NCBI RefSeq assembly: GCF_046119375.1
Contig: NW_027362764.1
Coordinates: 47,678,001 to 47,742,000 of the forward strand
Reading direction: 5' to 3'
Origin: Phyllobates terribilis
Taxonomy: Eukaryota
Length of the DNA: 64,000 nt
Each line of letters starts with the position of its first letter. Within the stretch, counting starts at the first letter, position 1. A program made the translations under genes and the position numbers. Under the pieces are notes generated by a model that searched no databases, was not told the origin of the DNA, and saw only the letters and a program-made list of their open reading frames with translations. This document shows, in pieces, positions 12,755 to 25,159 of this stretch.

Positions 12755-14183
12755 TGTTGGAGCTTTGCCACTGGCCCTTGAAAAACAGCAAAAGAAAACA
12801 AGAATGATGTCAGGAAATAACAAGTAATGAGTAACAGAAGGTAATCCTCATTTATGTATCCGGAGAGGCAACTATTCAGCTAACAGAAAAACAAACCCCT
12901 GTGACCACCGGTCTGCAGGGAATATCAGCGGGTCCTGGTGAATTATAAGATGCGTTCTGGCTCCATGCTGCCCCCTATGGGGGTCACATTAGGGAACTCT
13001 GATCAATAGAGGGATAATTGAGAAATTACCGATTGCAGGGACCTTGACAGATATGAACCCCTGATCCTTTTTACAGCGTGACCGCGGCAAGTAGAAGCTT
13101 AAATGGAGCAGTGATCAAATATGTGGGCTGCCCTAATCACGGTCTGTGGCTACGTACGCGGCGACACCCAATAAGTTATCATTGATTTGGCTTAGAAATA
13201 CGAACCTGGCAGACACAGAAATCCACAGCTGCCATGACAATCCCATCAGGAACCCGCAGTCACGTTGGGGGATGGGACAGGAACATGAAGGGTATCAGAA
13301 GGGACACCTTCCTCCATTTTCAACCTTTTAAACGCCGCTGACACAACTGACTGCAGCATCTAAGGGGTTAGACTGCGACCGGCTGCACAGCACGGCTTCT
13401 GAGCTCGCTGCATAGATACTAGGCGCACAATGGCCGACACTTGCCCAGGTGATGGCGACGGCCCTGCCCAGAGATGCTGAAACTGAGTGCATCATGCATG
13501 GTCGCCCTCTGCTGCAGCCCTTGGGGGGGGGGGGGGGGGGGGATCAGTAAAGCGCTCAGGACCGTTGATCTAGGTACTACTGGGGGTCTCAGTGATCAGA
13601 TCTACACCGTGGAGAGATGAGAAATCTCCATTACTTACAATTTGCTTTTTGGGACCCAGTTAGGTCTTGACAGGAAAAACTATCATAGTCACACCTGTGA
13701 TAATCAGGCTCCAGAGCAGAGGTTATGGAGGCATCAGCCACCTGGTTCCTGGGATTTATCTTATTGGGGGGACAGAGAGGAGGAAGAGCTCGATGTTGTC
13801 ACAGAAACCATTTTTGGCTCCCCGATGAGAGGGTAACCTTACCTGTGGCGTGGCACCCCCCCCTCTGAAGCCGCGAGATATTAGCCCCTAAACAAAAAAA
13901 CAAGCAATTCCCACAATTTGCCCCAAACGTTTATATTTTTGGCGAAACGCATCGGTCATGTGACTTTTGGGCTCCAATCGCAGTAGGAGGTAAAAGAGGA
14001 GATCGCGGCGCTTGTCTATATCCGTCGCTTAAAGGAAAAGTTGCAAAATATGAGGAGATTCATGAAAACGGACGACGACAGCGAACACATGGGGGGGGGG
14101 GGGTCACAATATATCACCCACCCAAGTGACGACTAAAACTGCCAAAAAAATGCTCGTGACAGCCCAATGCCAGCCCCACTCAC

Positions 14184-14330
14184 CTCCAACTGCACCTCCG
14201 CGCTCCAAAACCACTAAATGCGACTCCACCAGCCGTCACTAAAGTGACTAATCAGCCTGACGTCACGAGCCCTACATTTTCAAACAGCGCATGCGCTTTG
14301 GTCCGCCATTGAAATACTTCCCTGATCCCT
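14184..14330 (-). other. UMAD1: Probable non-coding exon 1 of UMAD1
   Basis: Strong minus-strand donor gag|GTGAGT at 14183 inside the CpG-rich promoter. The start position is approximate. Confidence 0.55.
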
Positions 14331-14699
14331 TCACAAAAGGTTCCGCCACACTCAAGGTTCCTACGGTAAAACAATACAAAAAAAAAATATAAAGTCGTTA
14401 TTATTTTATTGAATCAAATTAGTTATTAACTATCGTCACCGCGCGACCGTCCGAATCCTCAGATAAACTGTAATAGATATTTTGCCAGTTTCTAATATGG
14501 CGGAACTTACGTCCTAAAGATGTCATAAGCGTCTCTTTTTTTGATTGGCTGAGTAAACTGAAAGCTTGTTACTGATTGGTTGGAGTCGGTGTCAAAGTGC
14601 GCAGTGGGCGTATGCTGTGTTCTAATTGGTCGGCGGGTATCACGTGGTGTTGTCAGTAGTTTCCCGCCTGTAGAAGAAGATTAGAGGCACAGTGAGAAC
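14250..14699. promoter_or_regulatory. Bidirectional RPA3/UMAD1 promoter
   Basis: TGACGTCA (CRE) ~14258, GCGCATGCGC (NRF1) 14287-14296, ATGGCGG (YY1 core) on both strands ~14303 and ~14496, three ATTGG (CCAAT) boxes at 14544, 14575 and 14625, CACGTG ~14641, TTTCCCGCC (E2F) 14660-14668. Confidence 0.8.
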
Positions 14700-17600
14700 A
14701 TGGGGGATATGAGCGACTTGCCGCGGGTGCGGATCAACACCAGCATGCTGGCCCAGTATATGGGGAAGCCGGTGTGCTTCGTGGGCCGGGTGGAGAAGGT
14801 AACGGCGCCATGTCTCTCCATCATCACTCTCCCTAGAACTACCAGGCCCAGCATGGCCTCATACTCCAACAGCAGCCCTGGGCGCTGTCCTCTATGTAGT
14901 GCTCAGTCTGTTCCTCTGTTGCTCCTCCGGGAAATGTAGAAATAAATTGTGGCCTGAGCATTCCTCCTCTCTCACCCCTTCTCTCCGCAGGCCAGTATTT
15001 GTTCTTTTTCCTCTGATCCCCACAATGAGTGGATTATTATGTGCAGGATTTATCCTCACCGTTTTCTTTTTCCAGGTTCACCCCACGGGAACGTCATTTG
15101 TCCTCAGTGACGGAGCAGGAAAGAACACCACGGTGGAGCTAGCCGAACCGGTAAGAGTCCCCCAGAGAACCAGGGACAGGGGATGTGGAATAATATTTTA
15201 CCATTTCACTAGAATAAAAAAAAATCTGTAATCTTGCAATTTTCATACTCTAAGCCTAATACTAGACCATCGCTCCCTGCCATATAATAACTGGTATCTA
15301 CTGTATATAGAGGTGCTAACACAGGATCCACCATTCACAATAGGTGGTGTCACAGCTCACCTCCTCCTGTACAATGACTGATAACCTCTCTACATACAGT
15401 AGATAACACAGGATCCACCATTCACAATAGGTGGTGTCACAGCTCACCTCCTCCTCCCGTACAATGACTGATAACACCTCTATATACAGTAGATAACACA
15501 GGATCCACCATTCACAATAGGTGGTGTCACAGCTCACCTCCTCCTCCCGTACAATGACTCCTAACACCTCTATATACAGTAGATAACACAGGATCCACCA
15601 TTCACAATAGGTGATGTCACAGCTCACCTCCTCCTCCTGTACCAAATTAGATGCTCAGATAATGCTTTAATAGACACAAATTGGGTCTATTGCTGCTCGC
15701 GTTCTTGTTCTTAACAGAAAGTAGGAGTCTAGTATTAGGCCTGGTTACCAGTGTGATGGCTGCAAGGTTTTGTCATTACATTGAGTCTGACTTCCTTTGT
15801 TGCTCATGTGATGGACGCTCAGGTCCGCAGCCCGGTACTGTGGTTGTCTGATCATCACATGAGCAGGATGCGGCTTCTACCCTCTGGAAATGATTTCCAG
15901 TCACTGATTACAGTGATGGAGCATGGCTTATGATATTACAGGTGATCACTTCTCGTTACCTGGTGATTATTCACATCCAGTCTCATTTTGTTTTTATTCC
16001 TCAGCTTGATGAAGAATTATCTGGAGTGGTCGAAGTTGTTGGCAAAGTTACGCAGAAAGCCACAATCCTGGGGGTGTCGTACGTCCCTTTCAGAGAAGAC
16101 GTGGCCTCTTTTGGTGAGGACAAGGATCTTTATAGAAATCAAAATAATTGGTGACAATATTTGGTCCCTGTAGTTCTGTTCGCTTTGTGGTCCTCTGCAA
16201 AATCATTCTTTGGATCAATGGGGTTCCAAAGGTTGAAACCCGGGAGGGTTGTCCACCTCTACAGATAATTTATTTTATTTTGAAATCTTAAATGCATTCA
16301 TTTTTTTTTGCATAAATACAATTGAATTTTCTTAAAAAAAAAATTGTGCCTTTTTTTGTTTTACAGGCTTTTTGTTTTCTTTGCACTTTCATGTGGTCAG
16401 CAGAGAGGAGCTCAGGAAAAGACAGATAAAAGTTAGAAACTCTCCAGTCACTCAATCTGCATGAGCTCACTGACTGATTCTCTGTTAATTCATTATGTAG
16501 CCGACAATTGACGCTGTAAACACTTAAATCTTAAAAAAAAAAAAAAATTCTTATGTGCCCACGATGCAGAAATGCTCCAGATTTTTCCTGAGCGATTGTG
16601 CGTGCGGATTGTGCGTGCTTTTTTCCTGCCAGGGACAAGCGGATGTGAAGCGTTCTTCACATGTAATTTCGCGTGCGGGTTGTCAAGCGCCTTCCAAGCG
16701 ATTTTAGCATCAATTGGAAAGTGCTTGACAACTTGATCACACTATATAAATCCATGCAACCGGCATGGATTTATATAGTGTGACCAAGTTATAGTAAAAG
16801 AATGGTAAAAAATAAACATTATACTCGCCTTCCAATGGCCCCCGGTCTCGTCCGGTGTGTTGGGCGGCTCGCGGTGGTCTAAAAGGACCTTCCATGACGT
16901 CATTTAGTCATGTGACAGGTCACGCGACCGCTTATGTCAGCGGTCGCGTGACCTGTCACATGCCTAAATGACGTCGCGGGAAGCCAGGACGCATCGCTAT
17001 GGAGACCGGCGGCCATCAGAAGGTGAGTATAATGTATTTTTTTTTTTTTTTATTCTTTTTTTTTTTTTTTTTTTAATACAGGTACTATGGTACCCGGGTC
17101 TGGATGAGAGTCTCCTATTCTCCAAACCCGGGTACCATCTGCACATTGAAATGCTTAATATCCGCATGTGCACATGTAGTCATGTGGATATTAAGCGATT
17201 CAATGCAAGTTAATGGCGGCGAAAACGCCACGATTGCGCAAAATAATTGGTAGTGCGGCGGATTTTTCCGCAATGATAATCTGCACCGGAAATTTCCGCA
17301 GCATGCGCACAGCACATGCGGATTATCATTGGGGGACATTGCAGACCTTCTACCAAGTGGATTTTAAGTGTTTCTGTGGTGGAATTGCTGCTGCGGAAAC
17401 GCTTAAAAACAAAACAAAACGCATATTAATATATTTGTATTAATATACTCACTGATTACTGTCTTGCTCTGCTGCTCTTGAGTTGAGGGACTGATTTTCC
17501 AGCTCTCTGGATCAGGGCGCAGTCAGGCGTCTGTATAACACGGACAATGATCGCATCGCAGTGCATGGACTGGCCCTCAGCTCTTCTGACCCAAGTGTGA

Positions 17601-18797
17601 CCATGTATTTCAATGCTCTGGGTCAGGAGAGCCGCCAGCCAGTCCATGCACTGTGATCGTCGTCCATGTTCTATGGCCGTCTGATTGCTTCCTTACTCTG
17701 GGGTCTATGTGTGAGCTTGATATTGCTTTTACTACGTAAGGCTATGAAGTGTCAGAACGAGGCAACTTCCAGGTCATATAAGAGTTGTGATCCAGAGTCG
17801 GAAAATCAGTCCTGTGAGTCAGAAGAGGAGCAGAGCTGTTGACGCATGAGTATATGAATGCACCTACACTAAATTGAATTTTACTACCATTTAAAGGGGT
17901 TGTGCCACCTTAAAGAACACGGTTAACAAAGTAGGAAAGGTGGAAACAAATAGTTTTGTAATCTATAGTGATTAAAAATTATTATGCTCCATTCAAAAGA
18001 GAACAAGGTTTTTTATTTTTTGAATGATGCTCTCTGGCGCCCGCTGGTGTTAATTCATTCTGTCCTAGCAGTGGCGAATCAGCTGGTTGAGTTTGCACAG
18101 TTCTTGTCATAAGGAGGTCCAACTCCCCACCCCCGTGTGCACAACGTAATCTCCCTCACAGGTCTGACAGTGGGGGAGATTACGTTGTGCACACTGGGGG
18201 TGGGGAGCTTGGGGTTAGGGGGGAAAGAGTCCGACCTCTTATGATAATACCTGCGAAAACGCTACCTCCACTACGAGGACGGAATGGAATAACGCTAAGG
18301 AGCATGCTTCACAGGATAAAAGCTTGTTATCTTTTGAATGGAGCATAGTTTTGTAATGTATAATGATTAAAAATTATTTATTTCCACCTTTTCTGCTTTT
18401 ATAACTATATTTAGGATGGCATAACCCCTTTAATGGCCTCTGTCCTTATAAGGTATGGGGCACTGATGTCACAATGATGTCATGTGTGGGTGGGGCTATT
18501 TTTCCTTTGTTCACATGTACGCTCCAGTCTTCTTTTTAGAGCAGATGTGTATGGGAGTAAGCGATATGTTCTGAGGGTCCCGCTCCTCTGTATACATTGC
18601 GGGGTCAATACTGACTTTACACAAGCTACCAGACGCCCTTACAATTCAGCATGTAACCAGAACGCCATTTCTTTTCGTCTCATTTCTTCTTCTTTTTTGT
18701 GATTATTTCTCCAGATCTGAGCCTTTACGATGAAGCCGTGAAGATAATTCATGAATTTCCTCAGTATTACCCCTTTGGACAGAAAGGACTGGAATAA
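14700..18797 (+). CDS. RPA3: Replication protein A 14 kDa subunit, 4 coding exons, 121 aa
   Basis: Exons 14700-14798, 15076-15150, 16005-16113 and 18715-18797, all with GT-AG introns, total 366 nt. Translation [33 protein letters not shown]|[25 protein letters not shown]|[15 protein letters not shown]...|[27 protein letters not shown] matches RPA14 as I recall it. Confidence 0.96.
15318..15641. repeat. ~90-bp minisatellite in RPA3 intron 2, ~3.6 copies
   Basis: Unit acaggatccaccattcacaataggtggtgtcacagctcacctcctcctcccgtacaatgactgataacacctctatatacagtagataac. Confidence 0.92.
16551..17425 (+). mobile_element. Harbinger/PIF-like MITE with eroded ends, in RPA3 intron 3
   Basis: Collinear with 60956-63501 once the Tc1 is removed. 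Internal hairpins at 16739-16783 and ~16885-16975. Confidence 0.75.
17895..18429. mobile_element. TTAA-flanked MITE (T2/Kolobok-type)
   Basis: TTAA|aggggttgtgcca...tggcataacccct|TTAA, with a long internal palindrome at ~18110-18240. Confidence 0.85.
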
Positions 18798-19484
18798 GCC
18801 TTTCCCTCTTCTGCCCTCTGGTATTCCGGATTCTGCAGCCGTCTCCGTGTACTGTCTTATTCCGGCAGCGGCTCTGACCTGGTACTTTAATATTAGATCT
18901 GGTGCAGAGAGGAAGAAGCGGCCATCAGAGGCTGCGGGAGGTTCGCTCTGCCGGACAGTCGGGGGTCGGAGTTCTGCTGTAAATCTCACGTGGTGTCTTC
19001 TTGTTATAAATAGTTATATTTTTCTTTTTTTTTTTTTTTTTTAGTTTCTTGTCTGTGTTTTTTTATTTTGGAGAAGAAAATTTATAATTCCTGTGAATAA
19101 TCCCAAAACTGTGTTTTTGGAATAAGGAAAGAGATGACGTCCTGACTTTCCTTTAACTTGCCAGTGCCTCTTCCCGATCTAGTGCACCCATCCTAGTGGT
19201 ACTAATAGGACGGATGTGCCATACCGGGCCCGTGGGCATCAACGCATAGGCAAACCTATATATTTTGTTTATGCTGTCGTCAGTGATTAACAGCAGAATC
19301 TAATTTGGGATTAAAGAGGTATTCCCAGTCTATATGCTTACGGCATACAACAGATCCTGTGGCTAACTGTACCGCTCTCAGTGGAGGGGGGTGGTCTGAA
19401 TAAACGGGTACATCCAGTACCAGCCTTTTGTTCTTCCATTTCCGCCTCATGTAATTTCACCTGCATTATTGCTGGCAGATGATG

Positions 19485-20678
19485 GCTGTGTTGCACAGCC
19501 TGGATCTGCGTCTGATAGCCGCAGCTGTGTTGCACAGCCTGGATCTGCGTCTGATAGCCGCAGCTGTGTTGCACAGCCTGGATCTGCGTCTGATAGCCGC
19601 AGCTGTGTTGCACAGCCTGGATCTGCGTCTGATAGCCGCAGCTGTGTTGCACAGCCTGGATCTGCGTCTGATAGCCGCAGCTGTGTTGCACAGCCTGGAT
19701 CTGCGTCTGATAGCCGCAGCTGTGTTGCACAGCCTGGATCTGCGTCTGATAGCCGCAGCTGTGTTGCACAGCCTGGATCTGCGTCTGATAGCCGCAGCTG
19801 TGTTGCACAGCCTGGATCTGCGTCTGATAGCCGCAGCTGTGTTGCACAGCCTGGATCTGCGTCTGATAGCCGCAGCTGTGTTGCACAGCCTGGATCTGCG
19901 TCTGATAGCCGCAGCTGTGTTGCACAGCCTGGATCTGCGTCTGATAGCCGCAGCTGTGTTGCACAGCCTGGATCTGCGTCTGATAGCCGCACTTGTGTTG
20001 CACAGCCTGGATCTGCGTCTGATAGCCGCACTTGTGTTGCACAGCCTGGATCTGCGTCTGATAGCCGCACTTGTGTTGCACAGCCTGGATCTGCGTCTGA
20101 TAGCCGCACTTGTGTTGCACAGCCTGGATCTGCGTCTGATAGCCGCACTTGTGTTGCACAGCCTGGATCTGCGTCTGATAGCCGCACTTGTGTTGCACAG
20201 CCTGGATCTGCGTCTGATAGCCGCACTTGTGTTGCACAGCCTGGATCTGCGTCTGATAGCCGCACTTGTGTTGCACAGCCTGGATCTGCGTCTGATAGCC
20301 GCACTTGTGTTGCACAGCCTGGATCTGCGTCTGATAGCCGCAGCTGTGTTGCACAGCCTGGATCTGCGTCTGATAGCCGCAGCTGTGTTGCACAGCCTGG
20401 ATCTGCGTCTGATAGCCGCACTTGTGTTGCACAGCCTGGATCTGCGTCTGATAGCCGCACTTGTGTTGCACAGCCTGGATCTGCGTCTGATAGCCGCACT
20501 TGTGTTGCACAGCCTGGATCTGCGTCTGATAGCCGCACTTGTGTTGCACAGCCTGGATCTGCGTCTGATAGCCGCACTTGTGTTGCACAGCCTGGATCTG
20601 CGTCTGATAGCCGCACTTGTGTTGCACAGCCTGGATCTGCGTCTGATAGCCGCACTTGTGTTGCACAGCCTGGATCTG
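19485..20678. repeat. 39-bp minisatellite, ~30.6 copies, two variants in blocks
   Basis: Unit gctgtgttgcacagcctggatctgcgtctgatagccgca. Junction variants gcaGCtg and gcaCTtg. Confidence 0.98.
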
Positions 20679-20747
20679 TTAACCTTAAATGCTGACAGGC
20701 TGGATCTTGCTCGCATCTTTGTCATTAATGGCAGCATAAGGCGATAC

Positions 20748-20876
20748 ATGCAGCCCATTCAGATTACACAGGTTGTGCCATCCTGGAAGATCTAGGCAGT
20801 CTTAAGAGCATGGAGGGTTGTAGAAAGGCATCAACCCAAACGCAGGACCAGTATCTACTCCTTTGTGCGAGGAGGA
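20748..20876 (+). mobile_element. Decayed Tc1-like transposase N-terminal remnant
   Basis: Translates to MQPIQITQVV... and RAWR...CRKASTQTQDQYLLLCARR, similar to a Tc1 N-terminus as I recall it. Confidence 0.45.
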
Positions 20877-21134
20877 CTTGAAGCAATGTGTATACACAGT
20901 GACTGCACCAGCAGAATAGTGAGTGCAGCTCTGGAGTATAATACAGGAACTACAGTGGCTTGCAAAAGTGTTCACCCCCTTGGCTATCCCTCTCCCTGAG
21001 CGCACAGAGTCATGCGCAGTCAGTGGTATGATGTTACTGCCAGGGTGCGGCTAAGGAGCGTGGCTACTGCAGGCGCCGGGAAATTTAAAAAAAAAAAAAA
21101 GGGCGCCAGCTGTTCATATAAATGGCCCCAAACA

Positions 21135-22686
21135 AATCCTGACTGCAGAAGGCCGGTGAGTCTGACTTCTATACCAGGAAAGATCTTTGAACAAATTATT
21201 AAACAACATGTATGTAAGTACATGGATAAGAATGAAGTGATTAACCAGAGTCAGCATGGGTTTGTAACTAACAAGTCATGTCAGACTAAATTTCCTTCTA
21301 TGACAGAATCACTGACTGGGTGGATCAGGGAAATGCTGTAGATATAGTATATCTTGACTTCAGCAAAGCATTTGACAAAGTCTCTCACACCATCCTTATT
21401 GAAAAAATGACCAAGTATGCAATGGACCAGGCAACTGTTAGGTGGATTCATAACTGGCTTAGTGATCGGACTCAAAGGGTGGTTGTAAATGGCTTCACAT
21501 CCAGCTGGATGAATGTCTCAAGTGGGGTACCACAGGGCTCCGTCCTGGGACCTGTATTGTTCAACATCTTTATCAATGATTTAGGTCAGGGTTCCCCAAC
21601 TCCAGTCCTCAAGGCCCACCAACAGGTCATGTTTTCAGGATTTCCTTAGTATTGCACAGGTGATGTAACTATTGCCTGTGCTGATGATGGAATTATCACC
21701 TGTGCAATACTAAGGAAATCCTGAAAACATGACCTGTTGGTGGGCCTTGAGGACTGGAGTTGGGGAACCCTGATTTAGATGAAGGAATTGAGGGTAAACT
21801 GATTAAATTTGCTGATGACACAAAGCTAGGAGGGATAGCTAACACTAGAGAAGAGAGAGAGAGGATTCAAAAAGACCTAAATAAACTGGAGCAGTGGGCA
21901 GCAACCAACAGAATGGTTTTTAACAGGGAAAAATGCAAAGTACTACATCTGGGCAATAAAAATGAAAAAAGCATATACAGAATGGGAGGAATAGAGCTAA
22001 GCAACAGTACATGTGAAAAAGACTTAGGTATACTAATAGATCATAGACTGAACATGAGTCAACAGTGTGATGCAGCAGCAAAAAAGGCAAATACAATTCT
22101 GGGATGTATTAACAGAAGCATACAGTCTAGATCACGTGAAGTCATTATCGGTCTTTACTCCTCTTTGGTCAGACCTCATCTGGAATACTGTGTCCAGTTT
22201 TGGGCACCACATTTTAAAAAAGACATAGACAAACTGGAGCAAGTTCAGAGAAGAGCGACCAGAATGGTGACTGGTCTGCAAACCATGTCCTATGAGGAAC
22301 GGTTGCAGGATTCGGGAATGTTTAGCTTGCAAAAAAGAAGACTGAGAGGAGACTTAATAGCTGTCTACAAATATGTCAAGGGCTGTCACATTGTAGAAGG
22401 ATCATCTTTATTCTCATTTGCACAAGGAAAGACTAGAAGCAATGGGATGAAACTAAATGGGAGGAGACACAGATTAGATATTAGAAAAAACTTTTTGACA
22501 GTTAGGGTGATTAATGAGTGGAACAGGCTGCCACGAGAGGTGGTGAGTTCCCCTTCAATGGACGTCTTCAAACAGAGGCTGGACAGACATCTGTCTGAGA
22601 TGATCTAGTGAATCCTGCTTTGAGCAGGGGGTTGGACCAGATGACCCAGGAGGTCCCCTCCAACTCTACCATTCTATGATTCTAAG
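21135..22686 (+). mobile_element. 5'-truncated CR1 LINE, ORF2 reverse transcriptase
   Basis: RPVSLTSIPGKIFEQI, VYLDFSKAFDKVSH, SGVPQGSVLGPVLFNIFINDL, KFADDTKL, RPHLEYCVQFW. The 3' end is ...accATTCTATGATTCTAag. ORF 21320-22608 is continuous after removing the MITE and one TSD. Confidence 0.95.
21587..21772. mobile_element. 186-bp palindromic hAT-type MITE inserted in the CR1
   Basis: CAGGG...CCCTG ends, ~78-bp inverted arms, 8-bp TSD atttaggt/atttagat. Confidence 0.93.
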
Positions 22687-23429
22687 ATGGAGGAAGAAGG
22701 TCAAATTAAAAGCCCTGCAGAAGGTGCGGTCCCTCCATGCACGGTAGTTTCCAGATGCTGGGATGGGTAAGTGAAACAAATTCTATCTCTTATCCTAATT
22801 TTATGCCCTTGGATATATTTTAGGGCAAGCCTAAGAAAGCCGTTGGCAAAAACAAGGAGTAAGGAGTGCGCACTACGTAAATCAGAGCTACTATCCTCAT
22901 ACGGCAAAAAACTGTGTCAACCCTGTATAGAGAGAACAGTGACTGAGGAGTCTTCTTCTCTGATGAGTAGCCTGAAGACAATTGTAAAAACAGAGGTTAA
23001 AGATTCCCTTAAAGGTCTTAAAAGTAGAACCTCTTACACTCCCGCTGAGAGGTACATTACCAGCTCAGACGAGGAGTTATACGGCGACATAGAGGGGTTC
23101 TACTCCGACATATCATCCTCAGATGACAATGAAGATTGCCCCTGTTTTCCGGCTGAGGACGCAGATAGTGGCCCGGACTGCTTTGATAAGTCTATGAACA
23201 TTGAGGAAGTTATTAAAGAACCCAGAACTGTACAGGACATAATGTTTGGGGGGCTAGAGAGGAGGAAACAAATGTTTTCCGGTCCATAAAAAAGTGTCAT
23301 CTTTAATTAGAAAGGAATGGAAGAAGCCGGATAAAAGAGGCTTCATCCCAAAAGGGGTTAAGCAAAAGTATCCCTTTGATACATATGTTTCCGATAGCTG
23401 CGTCAATCTTTGGAGCCTTATCCCAGCTA

Positions 23430-25159
23430 CATTGGGAACGAAAACTATTCAGACTCCTTTAAATTTTTCACTCTTTGTTTCATTGCAGCCATTTAGTAAA
23501 TTCTAAAAAGTTAATTTTTTTTCTCATTAAAATACACTCTGCACCCCATCTTGACTGAAAAAAACAGAAATGTAGAAAATTTTGCAAATTTATTAAAAAA
23601 GAAAAACTAAAATATCACATGGTCATAAGTGCTCAGACACTCATATTTAAGTCCCATGCTGTCCATTTCCTTGTGATCCTTGAGATGGTTCTACTCCTTC
23701 ATTGGAGTCCAGCTGTGTTTAATTAAACTGATAAGACTTGATTTGGAAAGGCACACACCTGTCTATATAAGACCTCACAGCTCACAGTGCATGTCAGACC
23801 AAATGAGAATCATGAGCTCAAGGGAACTGCCCAAGGAGCTCAGAGACAGAATTGTGGCAAGGCACAGATCTGGCCAAGGTTGCAAAAGAATTTCTGCATT
23901 ACTCAAGGTTCCTAAGAGCACAGTGGCCTCCATAATCCTTAAATGGAAGAAGTTTGGGAACACCAGAAGTCTTCCTAGACCTGGCCGTCCAGCCAAACTG
24001 AGCAATCGTGGGAGAAGAGTCTTGGTGAGAGAGGTAAAGAAGAACCCCAAGATCACTGTGGCTGAGCTCCAGAGATGCAGTAGGGAGATGGGAGAAAGTT
24101 CCACAAAGTCAACTATCACTGCAGCCCTCCACCAGTCGGGCCTTTATGGCAGAGTGGCCTGATGGAAGCCTCTCCTCAGTGCAAGACATATGAAAGCCCG
24201 CATAGAGTTTGCTCAAAAACACATGAAGGACTCCCAGACTATGAGAAATAAGATTCTCTGGTCTGATGAGACGAAGATAGAACTTAATTCTAGGTGGTAT
24301 GTGTGGAGAAAACCAGGCACTGCTCATCACCTGCCCAATACAATCCCAACAGTGAAACATGGTGGTGGCAGCATCATGCTACAGGGGTGTTTTTCAGCTG
24401 CAGGGACAGGACGACTGGTTGCAATTGAAGGAAACATGAATGCGGCAAAGAACAGAGATATCCTGGATGAAAACCTCTTCCAGAGTGCTCTGGACCTCAG
24501 ACTTGGCTAAAGGTTCACCTTTCAACAAGACAATGACCCTAAGCACACAACTAAAATAACAAAGGAGTGGCTTCAGAACAACTCTGTGACCATTTTTGAC
24601 TGGCCCAGCCAGAGCCCTGACCTAAACCCAATTGAGCATCTCTGGAGAGACCTGAAAATGGCTGTCCACCAACGTTCACCATCCAACCTGACGGAACTAG
24701 AGAGGATCTGCAAGGAAGAATGACAGAATGGTCCCAAACTTCTTCCATTTAAGGATTATGGAGGCCACTGTGCTCTTAGGAACCTTGAGTAATGCATTTA
24801 TAACCTTGGCCAGATCTGTGCTTTGCCACAATTCTGTCTCTGAGCTCCTTGGGCAGTTCCTTTTGAGCTCATGATTCTCATTTGGTCTGACATGCACTGT
24901 GAGGTCTTATATAGACAGGACTTGATTTGGAAAGGCACACACCTATCAGTTTAAACACAGCTGGACTCCAATGAAGGAGTAAAACCATCTCAAGGAGGGT
25001 CACAAGGAAATGGACAGCATTTTTGTTTATTTTTCACTCAAGATGGGGTGCAGAGTGTACTTTAATGAGAAAAAAATTAACTTTTTAGAATTTACCAAAT
25101 GGCTGCAAGGAAACGGAGTGAAAAATTTAAAGGGGTCTGAATACTTTCCGTACCCACAG
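23430..25159 (+). mobile_element. DD34E Tc1-like element inserted in DIRS ORF1; right end is an inverted copy of the left end
   Basis: TA at 23428-29 and 25160-61. Removing the element restores PAISHVSRKSALPLDD. Transposase from 23812 has stops and frameshifts. Confidence 0.9.

Noticed and set aside
19485-20678. CRISPR-like regular repeats (also 361-597 and the 36-bp arrays)
   Set aside because: The units are head-to-tail with no unique spacers, there are no cas genes, and the DNA is eukaryotic.
19338-20795. 400-440 aa repetitive ORFs in five frames
   Set aside because: They arise from a 39-bp tandem unit with no stops in those frames. There are no splice signals or recognisable domain.
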